Shown piece by piece: positions 1 through 9,108 of a stretch of 33,333 nucleotides of DNA (within the stretch, counting starts at the first letter, position 1; every line of letters starts with the position of its first letter). The position numbers were made by a program, and so were the translations under genes. The notes under the pieces were generated by a model that was given only the letters and a program-made list of their open reading frames with translations, made no database searches and was not told the origin of the DNA. The stretch is from a virus. Lineage: Duplodnaviria; Caudoviricetes. The stretch covers positions 1 to 33,333 of the IMG/VR virus record IMGVR_UViG_3300010011_000003. One strand, given 5' to 3'.

Positions 1-333
1 ACCGATGATCGGCAATCCGTTCGTATCGCCAGGAGCCGCCGCAGGCAACCGCTCGAACGTCAGCGTGATGGGCATCAGGACAACGCCGCTCGTCGATGAT
101 TTCCCGCAAAGCGTCCCCACCCAGCATTGTGTTTCTGTTGCAGTGAGGGTGAGCTTATACAGCCCTGGTGCGTTTGCTGCGTCTACTTCACTGGGTGCGT
201 TTGTGGGAGCGGCGGCCACGCCGTCCTTCACCCAGCGCAGCGTGTGATTGGCCACGTCGCCCGTCTTCGGTGCGTTGTTCGTCGTGTCCCACGCGACATA
301 TTGGATCGTGAGTGATTCGCCGTAGATTGCCAT
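1..333 (-). CDS. N-terminal part of a tail-associated protein (continues at 33333 if circular)
   Basis: ATG at 333, just after the stop of the LamG gene. I translated 111 open codons MAIYGESLTIQYVAWDTTNNAPKTGD...TNGLPIIG running off the edge. Not in the ORF track. Confidence 0.8.
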   Translation of the reverse strand, partial: MAIYGESLTIQYVAWDTTNNAPKTGDVANHTLRWVKDGVAAAPTNAPSEVDAANAPGLYKLTLTATETQCWVGTLCGKSSTSGVVLMPITLTFERLPAAAPGDTNGLPIIG

Positions 334-334
334 G

Positions 335-1207
335 TCACGCACTCACTTGCTGGAATAAATGCCACGGGACCATCTTCGGGATTGCCTGCTCGGAAACCAC
401 CGGCCAGAAGCGGCGGCGAGGAGGCAGGATTAACGGCACACCGCCGACACGCAAATCGACGTTGGAGGGGTCGGCAAGGGCGGAAATTTCAGCATCAGAT
501 AATCCGCGAGAATAGGTCATAAAATCTGCAATTGTGCCATTCATTTGCCCTGCACCGTCGCCGTACCAAGCCCCAATACTTAGTGGGACGGTAGGATCGC
601 TCGATGGAACCAAGTTCGTGTAGCCGTTCCCATCCACTACGCCGTCCAAGAAAATCTGCACCGCCGGTTTCATGACAGTAATAGCGACATGCCGCCAACG
701 ATTGTTGCCCACCGGCGTACTTCCATTCACTCTATCGTCTGAATAGCTGAACGGAGCTATATAGATACAACCAACCGATGGGTCCGCGCTACGGATCCCC
801 ACAACATTGTTAGAAAAACGCTTATCCTTTTGTCTCGCACACAAGTGACCATAGTCCTCATAACCTGCATCTTGCGTACCGATCCACCTAGCAAATGACA
901 CTATCGTGTACACCGAGCGTCCGTCAAGACCACCGCCCATAGGAATCGCGGCATATTGAAGTGACGCCGCAATCTCAGTCTGTAATGCGCATCTGCGAAG
1001 TTCTGTATCCCACACCCAATCCGTCGCCGCATCCATGTTCACTAGTCTCCCGTGATTCGCATATAGCGACGAATCCGGATACACCATCGACCCGATGCAG
1101 CCGTGGCCGCCGAGGCCCGCGAAGACCAATCCTTCAGCGAGCGGCGCATCATAATTGATGCGAAACTCCATCGGGCGTTCCCGCATTTTAGGGTATAACG
1201 GCGGCAT
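335..1207 (-). CDS. LamG/concanavalin A-like jelly-roll domain protein (putative receptor-binding/tail protein)
   Basis: WRHVAITV..IFLDG..LSIGAW..MNGTIADFMTYSRGLSDAEI matches the Laminin_G_3-type pattern; lies in the tail module. Confidence 0.8.
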   Translation of the reverse strand: MPPLYPKMRERPMEFRINYDAPLAEGLVFAGLGGHGCIGSMVYPDSSLYANHGRLVNMDAATDWVWDTELRRCALQTEIAASLQYAAIPMGGGLDGRSVYTIVSFARWIGTQDAGYEDYGHLCARQKDKRFSNNVVGIRSADPSVGCIYIAPFSYSDDRVNGSTPVGNNRWRHVAITVMKPAVQIFLDGVVDGNGYTNLVPSSDPTVPLSIGAWYGDGAGQMNGTIADFMTYSRGLSDAEISALADPSNVDLRVGGVPLILPPRRRFWPVVSEQAIPKMVPWHLFQQVSA

Positions 1208-1210
1208 ACA

Positions 1211-1633
1211 CTAATCCTCCACCCGTTCATTGAAGGCATAGGCGTTTACAGTCGCCGTCAGCGCTTGACCGGTATCCACGTTTTCTACTGCCAATTTGAA
1301 TTTGTACGCCAAAAGCGGCACGCTTTCCCGCAACACTCGCCTATGACTCGCGGTATCTGCGGGCGGAGAGAACGCGGCAATCAACGTCTGATTCCCTTGT
1401 TCCTCGTAATTCGTCCCGTCTAGGCATCGCAGCAAGTGCACTTTGACCGTCTTGTTTGCTGTCGGCGCCGTAGCGTAGCTCCAGACTACTTCGACGCTCA
1501 TCGCGCCGTAGCGATTGCTCGTATTGTCAATCTCGCTGCCGGTGTATGTGGACCCATTCGCCACGCTAGCAGAGCTAATGCCTGTGGTAAGAGACGTATA
1601 TGGACTGGGCTTCAGTGTATCTGGCAATGCCAT
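1211..1633 (-). CDS. Hypothetical virion protein (beta-rich, 140 aa)
   Basis: AAGGAG RBS, tight operon packing, S/T-rich structural composition. Confidence 0.7.
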   Translation of the reverse strand: MALPDTLKPSPYTSLTTGISSASVANGSTYTGSEIDNTSNRYGAMSVEVVWSYATAPTANKTVKVHLLRCLDGTNYEEQGNQTLIAAFSPPADTASHRRVLRESVPLLAYKFKLAVENVDTGQALTATVNAYAFNERVED

Positions 1634-1646
1634 TGTATTCTCCTTC

Positions 1647-2108
1647 TCAGATCATGCTTCGTGCGGATTCGATGTGGCCTGGATAGACTTCCGGCAAGCC
1701 CAGAATCTCCGCTCTACTTGCGGGCCGCTCGCCGAGGGCTAGAAGCTTCTGCTTCGTTGCCTCGCCAATGCCGGGCAAGGCTTGAATCATTGCTCGCACG
1801 CCCGCATTGCCGAAGTCGATCCCGCCGCCAGTGCCGTCGTCGCCAGTCGCCTGCGACAAGAATGGGATCATGTCAGCGACTTTGGGCGACACTTGAGCAA
1901 GCTGGTTTAATGCGGCCTTCACTGCGGCATACTCGTCATCGTCGAGCACAGCCGCGATTGCCCGCCAGGTGATAAAGCGCTGCGTGGGCACGCTGTATCT
2001 CGGCTCATTCAAACTCGCTGCCACCTCGTCGTCGGTCATGTTGGCGTAGCCGACGCCAAGCGGATCGTCGCGAAGCTCGGCAACCAGAAGTTCGTAAAAG
2101 TCAGCCAT
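1647..2108 (-). CDS. Hypothetical phage protein (153 aa)
   Basis: AAGGA RBS, co-oriented, fills the gap exactly. Confidence 0.7.
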   Translation of the reverse strand: MADFYELLVAELRDDPLGVGYANMTDDEVAASLNEPRYSVPTQRFITWRAIAAVLDDDEYAAVKAALNQLAQVSPKVADMIPFLSQATGDDGTGGGIDFGNAGVRAMIQALPGIGEATKQKLLALGERPASRAEILGLPEVYPGHIESARSMI

Positions 2109-2121
2109 TGATTCGTTCCTT

Positions 2122-3090
2122 TCACGAAAACACCTTCGCGTCGCGGTACGCGATCACCGTTATTCCGAGCCGGTCGTGAATCACTCTCGCCAGGTCTGTT
2201 TCGCTTTCGATCATGAGGTTGACCTCGTTGCTGCGCACGAACCTTTGCAGTGTCTCGGCCTTCCACTCTGCAGCCTCGTTGCCGTCGAGAAAGCATGGCG
2301 ATAGGAGCAGTTCGCGGTATGTGATTCCGCGTTCGCAAAGCCAGCGTTCGGTCTCTTCTCTCGCGGCTTCTCCTCGCGCCGAAATCACCAATCGTACGGC
2401 GCGATAACGCGGCCTCTGCAGCAATGCGCCGCGCTCGCAAAGGACGCCGTCAACGTCTATCGCCGCATGGCTCATGATTGGCGAATTGAGTACATGCCAT
2501 TCGAGCCAGTGAGGCAGCGGATAGTGGCGCGCGATGAAATCGACGACCGGCGCGTGGCTGTAAACTGCTGCAGTCACGATCTTTGCTGACGGCCATGTTC
2601 TCCGCGCGCGAATCGCGGTCTTGAGTATGCTCCTCGCGCTGACAGACGTATCGTCAACGATTGCCACCCTACTTGGCGGCCTGTCGCCAAGACGAGAACT
2701 GCGAGTCCCGGTTCCGGCCCAGACGACCTGAGCGCCGCAGCCAACATACAGCGGAACGTGGAGCATGCAAGCGATCACTGACGCCGGGATTATACCGCTT
2801 CTCGCCACACCGACGATCGCGTCGCAATCGCTCAGCGAGTCGAGAAGCAGCGTGGCGTCTCTGACCAGGTCCGTGATTCTGACGAAGCTGTTGCTCGCTA
2901 CAGGTTGACCGATAACTGCTGGACCTCCTCCACCCAGATTGGCTGATAGGTGGCGACAGCGTCCTTTTGCGATCACATGCTGTTGGCGTCGCCGTCCGCG
3001 CTCTGAATCACCGTAGAGTGCGCACTCGCCGTCTCGTCGCCGGTGAGCGCAGAGATCGCAAATCACTTCTGGTTGATCTCGATCACTCAC
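2122..3090 (-). CDS. Phosphoribosyltransferase / HAD-like phosphatase fusion with Cys-containing N-terminus
   Basis: PRTase motifs AIVGVARSGIIPA and VAIVDDTSVS; HAD motif I AIDVDGVLC. Start reassigned to GTG 3090, overlapping the radical SAM stop (GTGA). Confidence 0.75.
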   Translation of the reverse strand: MSDRDQPEVICDLCAHRRRDGECALYGDSERGRRRQQHVIAKGRCRHLSANLGGGGPAVIGQPVASNSFVRITDLVRDATLLLDSLSDCDAIVGVARSGIIPASVIACMLHVPLYVGCGAQVVWAGTGTRSSRLGDRPPSRVAIVDDTSVSARSILKTAIRARRTWPSAKIVTAAVYSHAPVVDFIARHYPLPHWLEWHVLNSPIMSHAAIDVDGVLCERGALLQRPRYRAVRLVISARGEAAREETERWLCERGITYRELLLSPCFLDGNEAAEWKAETLQRFVRSNEVNLMIESETDLARVIHDRLGITVIAYRDAKVFS

Positions 3091-4337
3091 TGTCGCGACG
3101 CTTCGTTCTTTTGGCCGCCTGTTGAGCGCGAGCCGCACCGCTCGTCGCACTGCGATTGCGGTTGACAGCCGATGCGCTCGACGCTGGCTTGCGCGTTGTT
3201 GGGTCTCTTGCATTGGCATTTCTGATTCGTTTTTGGCTGAACCTGTCGCCACCAGTTTGGATTCTGTTTGCCGATTTGTTCGTCGATCCACTTCACGACT
3301 GGCAGCAAGCCACGCCTGAGCTTGCACCACGTCTGATCTGGTTTCGCTGGATTGCCGTTGACGGCGCGGTTGACGTGGTAGCAACCGCCGGCGCAGCCAG
3401 CCTTGGCTTCACATGAGTGACATTGCGTGAAGACTTCTGCTGTTGCGAAGTTCTTCTTGCATGTCTCAATCGCCTTCTGCGCACTTGGACCAGGCCGCAA
3501 TGGCTTGCCTTCGAGAACGTCCCAGACATGGCCGAAACACCAGTCAGACAGAACGTCGTCGGTGACGAAGCGGTGACACGCGAAGAACGCGCCGTCCTGT
3601 CTGAGCGCGAGAAGTGACTGGCCGGCGCCACAGCCTTTGGCTTGCTCTTTATCTGGAGTCCTGATCGCCGGGCCAAGTCGCGCGAACCAGTAGTTATAGA
3701 ATGGCGGTTTGCCGGCGCGGACGTCCTCGACTAGATCGCGCGCGATCAGCTTCATTTGTTCGACGAAGGCAGCAATCGACTCGTCTGACCAAGGCTTGTA
3801 ATTGTCCGGGATCGGCGTCCAGCCGCTGCCAAAGCCATTTTTCTTCAACCACAGCCAGCTGCGATAGAGCAGCGGTGCGGCATTCTCCGCGATCGTTGAG
3901 CGACGGGCGCGGCCCTTGTCCGCAAAAATTGGAGTTAGCTCGACATATTTCTCGCTGACGTCTGGTCGGTTGAGCGCACACGCCTGAGGACAGCCGTCGA
4001 TCGACCGTTGGACGCCAATCTTGTGCGCTCGCAGAAAGTCGCGGAGCGATTCGTCGCCGACGACTCCATTCGTGACGATCGAGTATCGCACGGAATCGCC
4101 AACCGTCGCGACGACCTTTTCGATTCCGTCTCGCGCCAGAAGAGGTTCGCCGCCGAAGAAGTTGAGCGTCTTGACGCCAAGTTTCTTCACGACCTCTGGA
4201 AGACAGGCGATCATTTCGTCCGAGATATCAGGCCGCCTGATCGCTGTCGGCTGATGCAGGTAGCAATAGCGACAGTTCAGGTTGCACCTATCAGTAACGT
4301 GGAGATCGAGAGTTGAAATCTGTTTGAGTTCAGTCAT
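3087..4337 (-). CDS. Radical SAM/SPASM domain protein (peptide/protein-modifying type)
   Basis: CNLNCRYC (CX3CX2C), FFGGEPLL, TNG, SIDG; SPASM GCGAG..ACHRF..CHSC-X5-CAGGC..WC. Start ATG 4337 overlaps the upstream stop (ATGA). Confidence 0.93.
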   Translation of the reverse strand: MTELKQISTLDLHVTDRCNLNCRYCYLHQPTAIRRPDISDEMIACLPEVVKKLGVKTLNFFGGEPLLARDGIEKVVATVGDSVRYSIVTNGVVGDESLRDFLRAHKIGVQRSIDGCPQACALNRPDVSEKYVELTPIFADKGRARRSTIAENAAPLLYRSWLWLKKNGFGSGWTPIPDNYKPWSDESIAAFVEQMKLIARDLVEDVRAGKPPFYNYWFARLGPAIRTPDKEQAKGCGAGQSLLALRQDGAFFACHRFVTDDVLSDWCFGHVWDVLEGKPLRPGPSAQKAIETCKKNFATAEVFTQCHSCEAKAGCAGGCYHVNRAVNGNPAKPDQTWCKLRRGLLPVVKWIDEQIGKQNPNWWRQVQPKTNQKCQCKRPNNAQASVERIGCQPQSQCDERCGSRSTGGQKNEASRQ

Positions 4338-6040
4338 GAGTTCGTTTCGCGATCGCAGTTTTCGCAACAACCGCCTTCGTAGTCACATGTTTGGCAGCAG
4401 TCCTGTGGATAGCATGGAACGTCGCTCTCGCAGGCATAGCAGCTCGGACAATCGACGTCACACTGATAGCACGCCGCACACGTTTCGTGATCGCAGTTTT
4501 CGCAGCAGCCTCCTTCGTAATCGCATGTCTGGCAGCAATCCTGTTGGCATGGACCAGCGATGTCGCCGTTGCACGGCTCCTGATCGCAGACCTGGCAACA
4601 GGTATCAGCGTCGCAGACCTCGCACGGCATGCAACCAGAATCGCATTCGCACGGATCGCATGGATCACAGCTATAGCAGGTTTGGCATTCCGTATCGCAC
4701 GTGTAGCAGCTCTGACAATCAGGCTCACAGCTATAGCACGTCGTGCATTGGTCGAGGTCACAGGTCTGACAGCAAGTGTCGGTTTCGCAGGAGTAGCACT
4801 GTGAGCATTCGGTGTCGCAATTGTAGCAGGTCTGACATTCGGTGTCGCACGTGCATTCAACGTCACAGAAGTAGCATGATTCGCAGAATAGGCACGTCGC
4901 GCAGTCTACGAAGCAACCACCTTCGTCGCAATAAGAACAGTGATCACCGTCGCAGAAGTAGCAGACGTCGATATCACACCATTCGCATTCAAGATCGCCG
5001 TCGCAATTCTGGCACGAGTCGCCGTCGCACGTACATGCGTCGGCGCTGCATGTATCTCCAGGTGAGTCGCAGCCACATTCGCTTGAACACTCGCCTGAAT
5101 CGCAGTTGCATTCTCTGAGACAGCTTCCGCAGTCGATCCGACAGCCGCCTTCTTCGCAGTTCTGGCACACGTCAACGTCGCAATAGAAGCAGACGTCTAC
5201 GTAGCACGTATTGCAATTAGTGTCGGTGTTGCAGCTGACGCAGGTGTCGCCGTCGCAATTGCATTGATCACCTTCGCAGTTGCACTCAACGTCACAGCTA
5301 CAATCACCAGTGCCGCATGTATCGCCGTCGCAATCGCAATCACCGGTGCAGCTATCAGTCGTGCATTCCTGATCGCAAGAGCCACTACATGAATCGTTGA
5401 ACGGTTCGCATGCTGAGCAATCGGCGCAATCGGCTGAGTTGCAAGGATCGCATGGATCGCACGACGTACACTGCTCGTCACACCTCACAATGAACCAGAG
5501 GATCCAGCCGCGGTGGCGAACGAATCGAGCGACCACCTTCGTTCCAGCTGGCACTGGTCCTCCAGGAAGCTGCACCCAGTCGGCAACGCGGCCGTACTCG
5601 TCTTTGATCGTGATCGTTCCATATTCTTTCGTCGAAATCGACGCTGAGCCGCAACAGCTCAAGCTCGATTGGAGTGTTCCTTCGACGATCCAGGCCTCAG
5701 GCGGAACCCAAATCTGAAAGCCGGATTCACCAAGAGGAATGCCGAACACGACGCCGCCCTTGCGGCAAATAGCAGCAAAGCCAATGGCGTCGTGAAGCGT
5801 GACCTCTGTATCGGAATCGACGACCCATTCGCCACTACGCAAGACGAGAGGGTTCGCCTTGGCTGATTTTATCTCTTCGCCTTCATTCTGTGGAAAATCC
5901 TCTTTGAGTTTGAATGGAATCAGCTCGAATCCATGGCCTGGAGTCCCGGCGCCAGACGACAACGATCCAACGAGTCGTCCTTCAACTTGTCTGACGACTC
6001 GCGAGATTCGTTGGATCGACCGCGACGATAACTTGGCCAT
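4334..6040 (-). CDS. Putative tail protein with a ~380-aa Cys/Asp/Glu-rich C-terminal region; probable radical SAM substrate
   Basis: Ordinary ~185-aa N-domain, then about 100 Cys (hand count) in CxxC-D/E units. Second gene after the tape measure and coupled to both neighbours. Confidence 0.8.
   Translation of the reverse strand: MAKLSSRSIQRISRVVRQVEGRLVGSLSSGAGTPGHGFELIPFKLKEDFPQNEGEEIKSAKANPLVLRSGEWVVDSDTEVTLHDAIGFAAICRKGGVVFGIPLGESGFQIWVPPEAWIVEGTLQSSLSCCGSASISTKEYGTITIKDEYGRVADWVQLPGGPVPAGTKVVARFVRHRGWILWFIVRCDEQCTSCDPCDPCNSADCADCSACEPFNDSCSGSCDQECTTDSCTGDCDCDGDTCGTGDCSCDVECNCEGDQCNCDGDTCVSCNTDTNCNTCYVDVCFYCDVDVCQNCEEGGCRIDCGSCLRECNCDSGECSSECGCDSPGDTCSADACTCDGDSCQNCDGDLECEWCDIDVCYFCDGDHCSYCDEGGCFVDCATCLFCESCYFCDVECTCDTECQTCYNCDTECSQCYSCETDTCCQTCDLDQCTTCYSCEPDCQSCYTCDTECQTCYSCDPCDPCECDSGCMPCEVCDADTCCQVCDQEPCNGDIAGPCQQDCCQTCDYEGGCCENCDHETCAACYQCDVDCPSCYACESDVPCYPQDCCQTCDYEGGCCENCDRETNS
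4352..4543 (-). repeat. 54-bp direct repeat encoding QDCCQTCDYEGGCCENCD twice
   Basis: Copies at 4352-4405 and 4490-4543 differ at 7 positions, all synonymous. Confidence 0.9.
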
Positions 6041-6879
6041 TACAGAATCGCTCCGAAAGGCAGCTCACGATACGCCTTGTACTTCGTCAGCCATTTCGCA
6101 TTGTCCGGCGTCGGATCGCTGAGGACTTTTCCGTTGCCGTCGAGCAGCACTGGCTCAGTCACGGGTTCGCCATTGATTCGAATGCGGCGACGTTCGCCGT
6201 CAACGTTTTCGTACAGTCCTTGATCTAGGATCGCTGGTTGCCATGTGCCATTCTGAATCAGGAAGCTGTAGCCGACTTCGTAGAAGCTATAGCCGCCGTC
6301 GATTTGTAGCGGTCCAATATCAATCTTGTCGAGCTTGGCATAGCCTCTCGGAATCGAGATTCCACCCAGGCTGAAAGAGTCAGAATTGATCGCGTCTACG
6401 TAGCTAAGCAGCCACGTTGGAACGCTGGCTCGATTGCGTCGATAGGTCACCTGCCAGCGCGAACGCTGAACCTTCGGCGGAGGATCGAAATAATCTCCAG
6501 CGGAATTGAGGACTGGCTTGCCGAGAATGTCTCTCGTGAAGTCCTCTTCGTAGGATACTGACGACCACGTGATCGACGGTGGCCGCTGAAGCGGGTTCTC
6601 GTTCCAATTCGGATCGACAGAAACATTTTCGTACCCGACAGTCAGTTCCCACGCCGTCAGGTCGCCACGGAGCGGCTTGCATTGCTTACGCACCGCGTAG
6701 AGCCACGCGAATCGCGGATGGACCGAACCCAGCGCCGGCCCAGACGCAAGCACAGAATACTCTGTCAGCGCCGAATTTGACTCAACGACAAAAGACCTCT
6801 CTGCGCTGGCTGATATCTTGCCTTCAGGCAGCTGCAGATTGGCGCTCGCGGTGTGAGTCAGTTTCTCCGTGACCGTCAT
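6040..6879 (-). CDS. Putative distal tail/tail-tip protein
   Basis: Directly after the tape measure with ATGA overlap; beta-rich and aromatic; function from position only. Confidence 0.6.
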   Translation of the reverse strand: MTVTEKLTHTASANLQLPEGKISASAERSFVVESNSALTEYSVLASGPALGSVHPRFAWLYAVRKQCKPLRGDLTAWELTVGYENVSVDPNWNENPLQRPPSITWSSVSYEEDFTRDILGKPVLNSAGDYFDPPPKVQRSRWQVTYRRNRASVPTWLLSYVDAINSDSFSLGGISIPRGYAKLDKIDIGPLQIDGGYSFYEVGYSFLIQNGTWQPAILDQGLYENVDGERRRIRINGEPVTEPVLLDGNGKVLSDPTPDNAKWLTKYKAYRELPFGAIL

Positions 6880-8633
6880 ATCTCAATGGCTTCCTCTTGG
6901 TTCGATCGCTTGACCTCCTCAATCAATTTCTCAAGCTGCGAGACCATGCGCGTCGTGTTTTCTGCGGTCTTCTTCTCCGGTCTCTGTCCTGCCTCCTGAT
7001 AGGTACTGATCGCCGAGAGAATCGCCGAGAATGCGCCGGTTCCGCGCGTCACGGCTTCTGCGTAGCGCTTGCCAGTTGGCTCGACCTCTTCCGGCGGCAT
7101 GAGTGTCTCTTTCTGCTTTTCGAGAAATCGCATGTAATCCTGCGCAGAGAGAAGGCCGCGCTGGAATAAGTCCTGTGCTTTTTCGATTTCCTTTCGCGCT
7201 TTCTCCTCTGGTGTCGCGACGCTTTCCGCGATCCGCGCAGCTTCACGCTGGGCCTCATTAAATTCTTCTTGCGCTTTTTTCATATCCTCCTCGGCTTTTT
7301 TTGCGGCCTCAATCTTTTCAAGCATAGCCCGAGCCGCTGCGATCTCTTCTTCCGTCGCACCGAGTTTCTGCAGTTCGCGGAGCTTCTTTTCGATTTCGGA
7401 CATGCCGATGGTTTCGAGTTGATCTTGAATCCCGTCAAGAATTTTACTGATGGTGCCCTCATTTTCACGAAAGCCGTCGCCGAGATTTTTCCCGACGTTT
7501 GCCGCTGGCGGTTGAAGATTGCGCATCTTTTGTTGAACTTTTTCAAATTCTGCCAAAAAATCCTCGCCCCACAAATTCGATTTGGTTGCGAAGCCCCATG
7601 CTCCACGTCGATATGCTGCATATTGCTCCTGCATTTGTTCAAGGATTGGACGTGCGCCAGGTATGAGTCCGAGCACTCCAACGCCCGGCGCGATCGGAGC
7701 CATCGTTTGGGCCTTTAAAGATAATTCGATGATGCCATATAGGGCAGCCATCAATCCAGCAATTGCTCTGGCCAAGATATCCGCTGCATCGGCCACGAGT
7801 GCGAGCGCATTGATGAATGTGTCAGCATAGGCAGGTGTATTGGCCATTGTGTTGTTGACTTCTTGCAGTTGTGGCACAAGCATATTGGCGATCGCCATGG
7901 CTACTTGCGCAAGCGGATCGCCGAGAAGCTCTAAGAGATCGCCCCAGGCATTTTGTGCTTGAATGGTTGGGTCCACCATTGCTTCCGCTGTGCCGCCGAT
8001 CTTCTGCTGGACCACGTCGAGGATCAGGGCCTGGGCTCCAGCAGTGTTGCCCGTCTGAATCATGGCGTCCAGCATCTTTTTTTGTTCTGCCGTGAAGATG
8101 ATCCCGGCGTCCGCCAATTTGCCGAGCGCTTTCTGCGGCGAACCTAAAGATTTTCCGAGCAGCTCCGCGGCGCCTCGCAAATCTCGTCCTGTGGCTGCCG
8201 CCAAGTCCAATGCTAATTGCGTGGCTCGCTTGAGGTTATCACCCACTAGGCCGAATCGCATCAGCTGGGCCATCATCGGCATGATGGCTTCGTCGCCATA
8301 GTTCGACGCCTTCTGTAGTTCACCGGCGAACGCTGCCAATTCACGACTCAATGTTCCAATGGCGTGGCCGCTTCGAACGCATTCGACTTCCAATTGGCGC
8401 ATGGCCGCCGCCTGCACTCTGGCCTTCTCGATCGCGTCGCGAATATAGCCAGAAAGGCGTCCGACGGCGCTGCTGACGATGCCGTAGGCTGTCTTGGCGA
8501 GCGTCAAACCCGTAAGCACCGCGGTGTAACGACGAGTCTGATCGACGATATCCTTTGTCTCACGCTGAATCTTCGTGAGGCCGTCGATCGCGTCTTTGAC
8601 GTTCGCGATTACGTTTATGGCTACATCCGCCAT
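6876..8633 (-). CDS. Tail tape measure protein (585 aa)
   Basis: Ala/Leu/Gln-rich helical protein; ATQLALDLAAATGRDL..AAELLGKSL is TMP-like; follows the tail chaperones. Confidence 0.9.
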   Translation of the reverse strand: MADVAINVIANVKDAIDGLTKIQRETKDIVDQTRRYTAVLTGLTLAKTAYGIVSSAVGRLSGYIRDAIEKARVQAAAMRQLEVECVRSGHAIGTLSRELAAFAGELQKASNYGDEAIMPMMAQLMRFGLVGDNLKRATQLALDLAAATGRDLRGAAELLGKSLGSPQKALGKLADAGIIFTAEQKKMLDAMIQTGNTAGAQALILDVVQQKIGGTAEAMVDPTIQAQNAWGDLLELLGDPLAQVAMAIANMLVPQLQEVNNTMANTPAYADTFINALALVADAADILARAIAGLMAALYGIIELSLKAQTMAPIAPGVGVLGLIPGARPILEQMQEQYAAYRRGAWGFATKSNLWGEDFLAEFEKVQQKMRNLQPPAANVGKNLGDGFRENEGTISKILDGIQDQLETIGMSEIEKKLRELQKLGATEEEIAAARAMLEKIEAAKKAEEDMKKAQEEFNEAQREAARIAESVATPEEKARKEIEKAQDLFQRGLLSAQDYMRFLEKQKETLMPPEEVEPTGKRYAEAVTRGTGAFSAILSAISTYQEAGQRPEKKTAENTTRMVSQLEKLIEEVKRSNQEEAIEI

Positions 8634-8779
8634 GCGATTTCCTCAGCATGCTCTTTCATGAATCGCGCCCACGCTTCGAGCTGATCAGGTTCCATAGTCT
8701 CAAGCATTAAGTTCGGATTGGCATATCCAAGGTAAAAGGCCAAGCGGTAAACGAATCGCTCGACCTCTGGGTCTAGCCT
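8621..8779 (-). CDS. gpT-like -1 frameshift extension of the tail assembly chaperone
   Basis: The -1 frame after GAA AAA AAA GGC TAG reads RLDPEVERFVYRLAFYLG..MLETM..QLEAW..F to TAG at 8621. Confidence 0.75.
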   Translation of the reverse strand, partial: RLDPEVERFVYRLAFYLGYANPNLMLETMEPDQLEAWARFMKEHAEEIAWRM

Positions 8780-9108
8780 TTTTTTTCGACACTCATTCCG
8801 TTCATATCCTGCACGACGCCAAAGAGTTTCTGAATCACCGTAGCGTCGAGCTGCGAGACCAAGACGACGCCCTCTTCGTTCGCCATGCTTGGTTCGTTGT
8901 TCTCATCAACGAGACTGTAGGCAACAAAGCGCGCCATGAAATCTGGCTGCATTTGGCCATCGATCGTGCTTGCCGCAGCGCACTCGTACCATTCGCGAGC
9001 ATTGAGACTGCGAAGGCGAAACCTGTAGGTCTCGCCGTCTCGCTCAATCTCAACGTCGCGATATCGTCTTGACCGCAATCGTTCGATTGCCTCGCGTAAC
9101 TGAGTCAT
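8773..9108 (-). CDS. Tail assembly chaperone (gpG-like)
   Basis: Lies between tail tube and TMP; ends EKKG at an A8 slippery run (8779-8786). Confidence 0.8.
   Translation of the reverse strand: MTQLREAIERLRSRRYRDVEIERDGETYRFRLRSLNAREWYECAAASTIDGQMQPDFMARFVAYSLVDENNEPSMANEEGVVLVSQLDATVIQKLFGVVQDMNGMSVEKKG

Noticed and set aside
3091-3384. N-terminal 98 aa of the 420-aa ORF
   Set aside because: Overlaps the rSAM gene; GTG 3090 gives a coupled start.
4352-4543. DGR template/variable repeat pair
   Set aside because: No reverse transcriptase; differences are synonymous and not adenine-specific.
4282-5118. 278-aa plus-strand ORF and alternative-frame ORFs over the Cys-rich gene
   Set aside because: Arg/Ser-rich shadows of repetitive codons; synonymous repeat changes support the 4334-6040 frame.
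4334-5480. Multiheme cytochrome, polyferredoxin or metallothionein reading of the Cys-rich tract
   Set aside because: No CxxCH motifs, no regular ferredoxin CxxCxxCxxxCP pattern apart from one near the C-terminus, and no Lys. Metal binding is not excluded.
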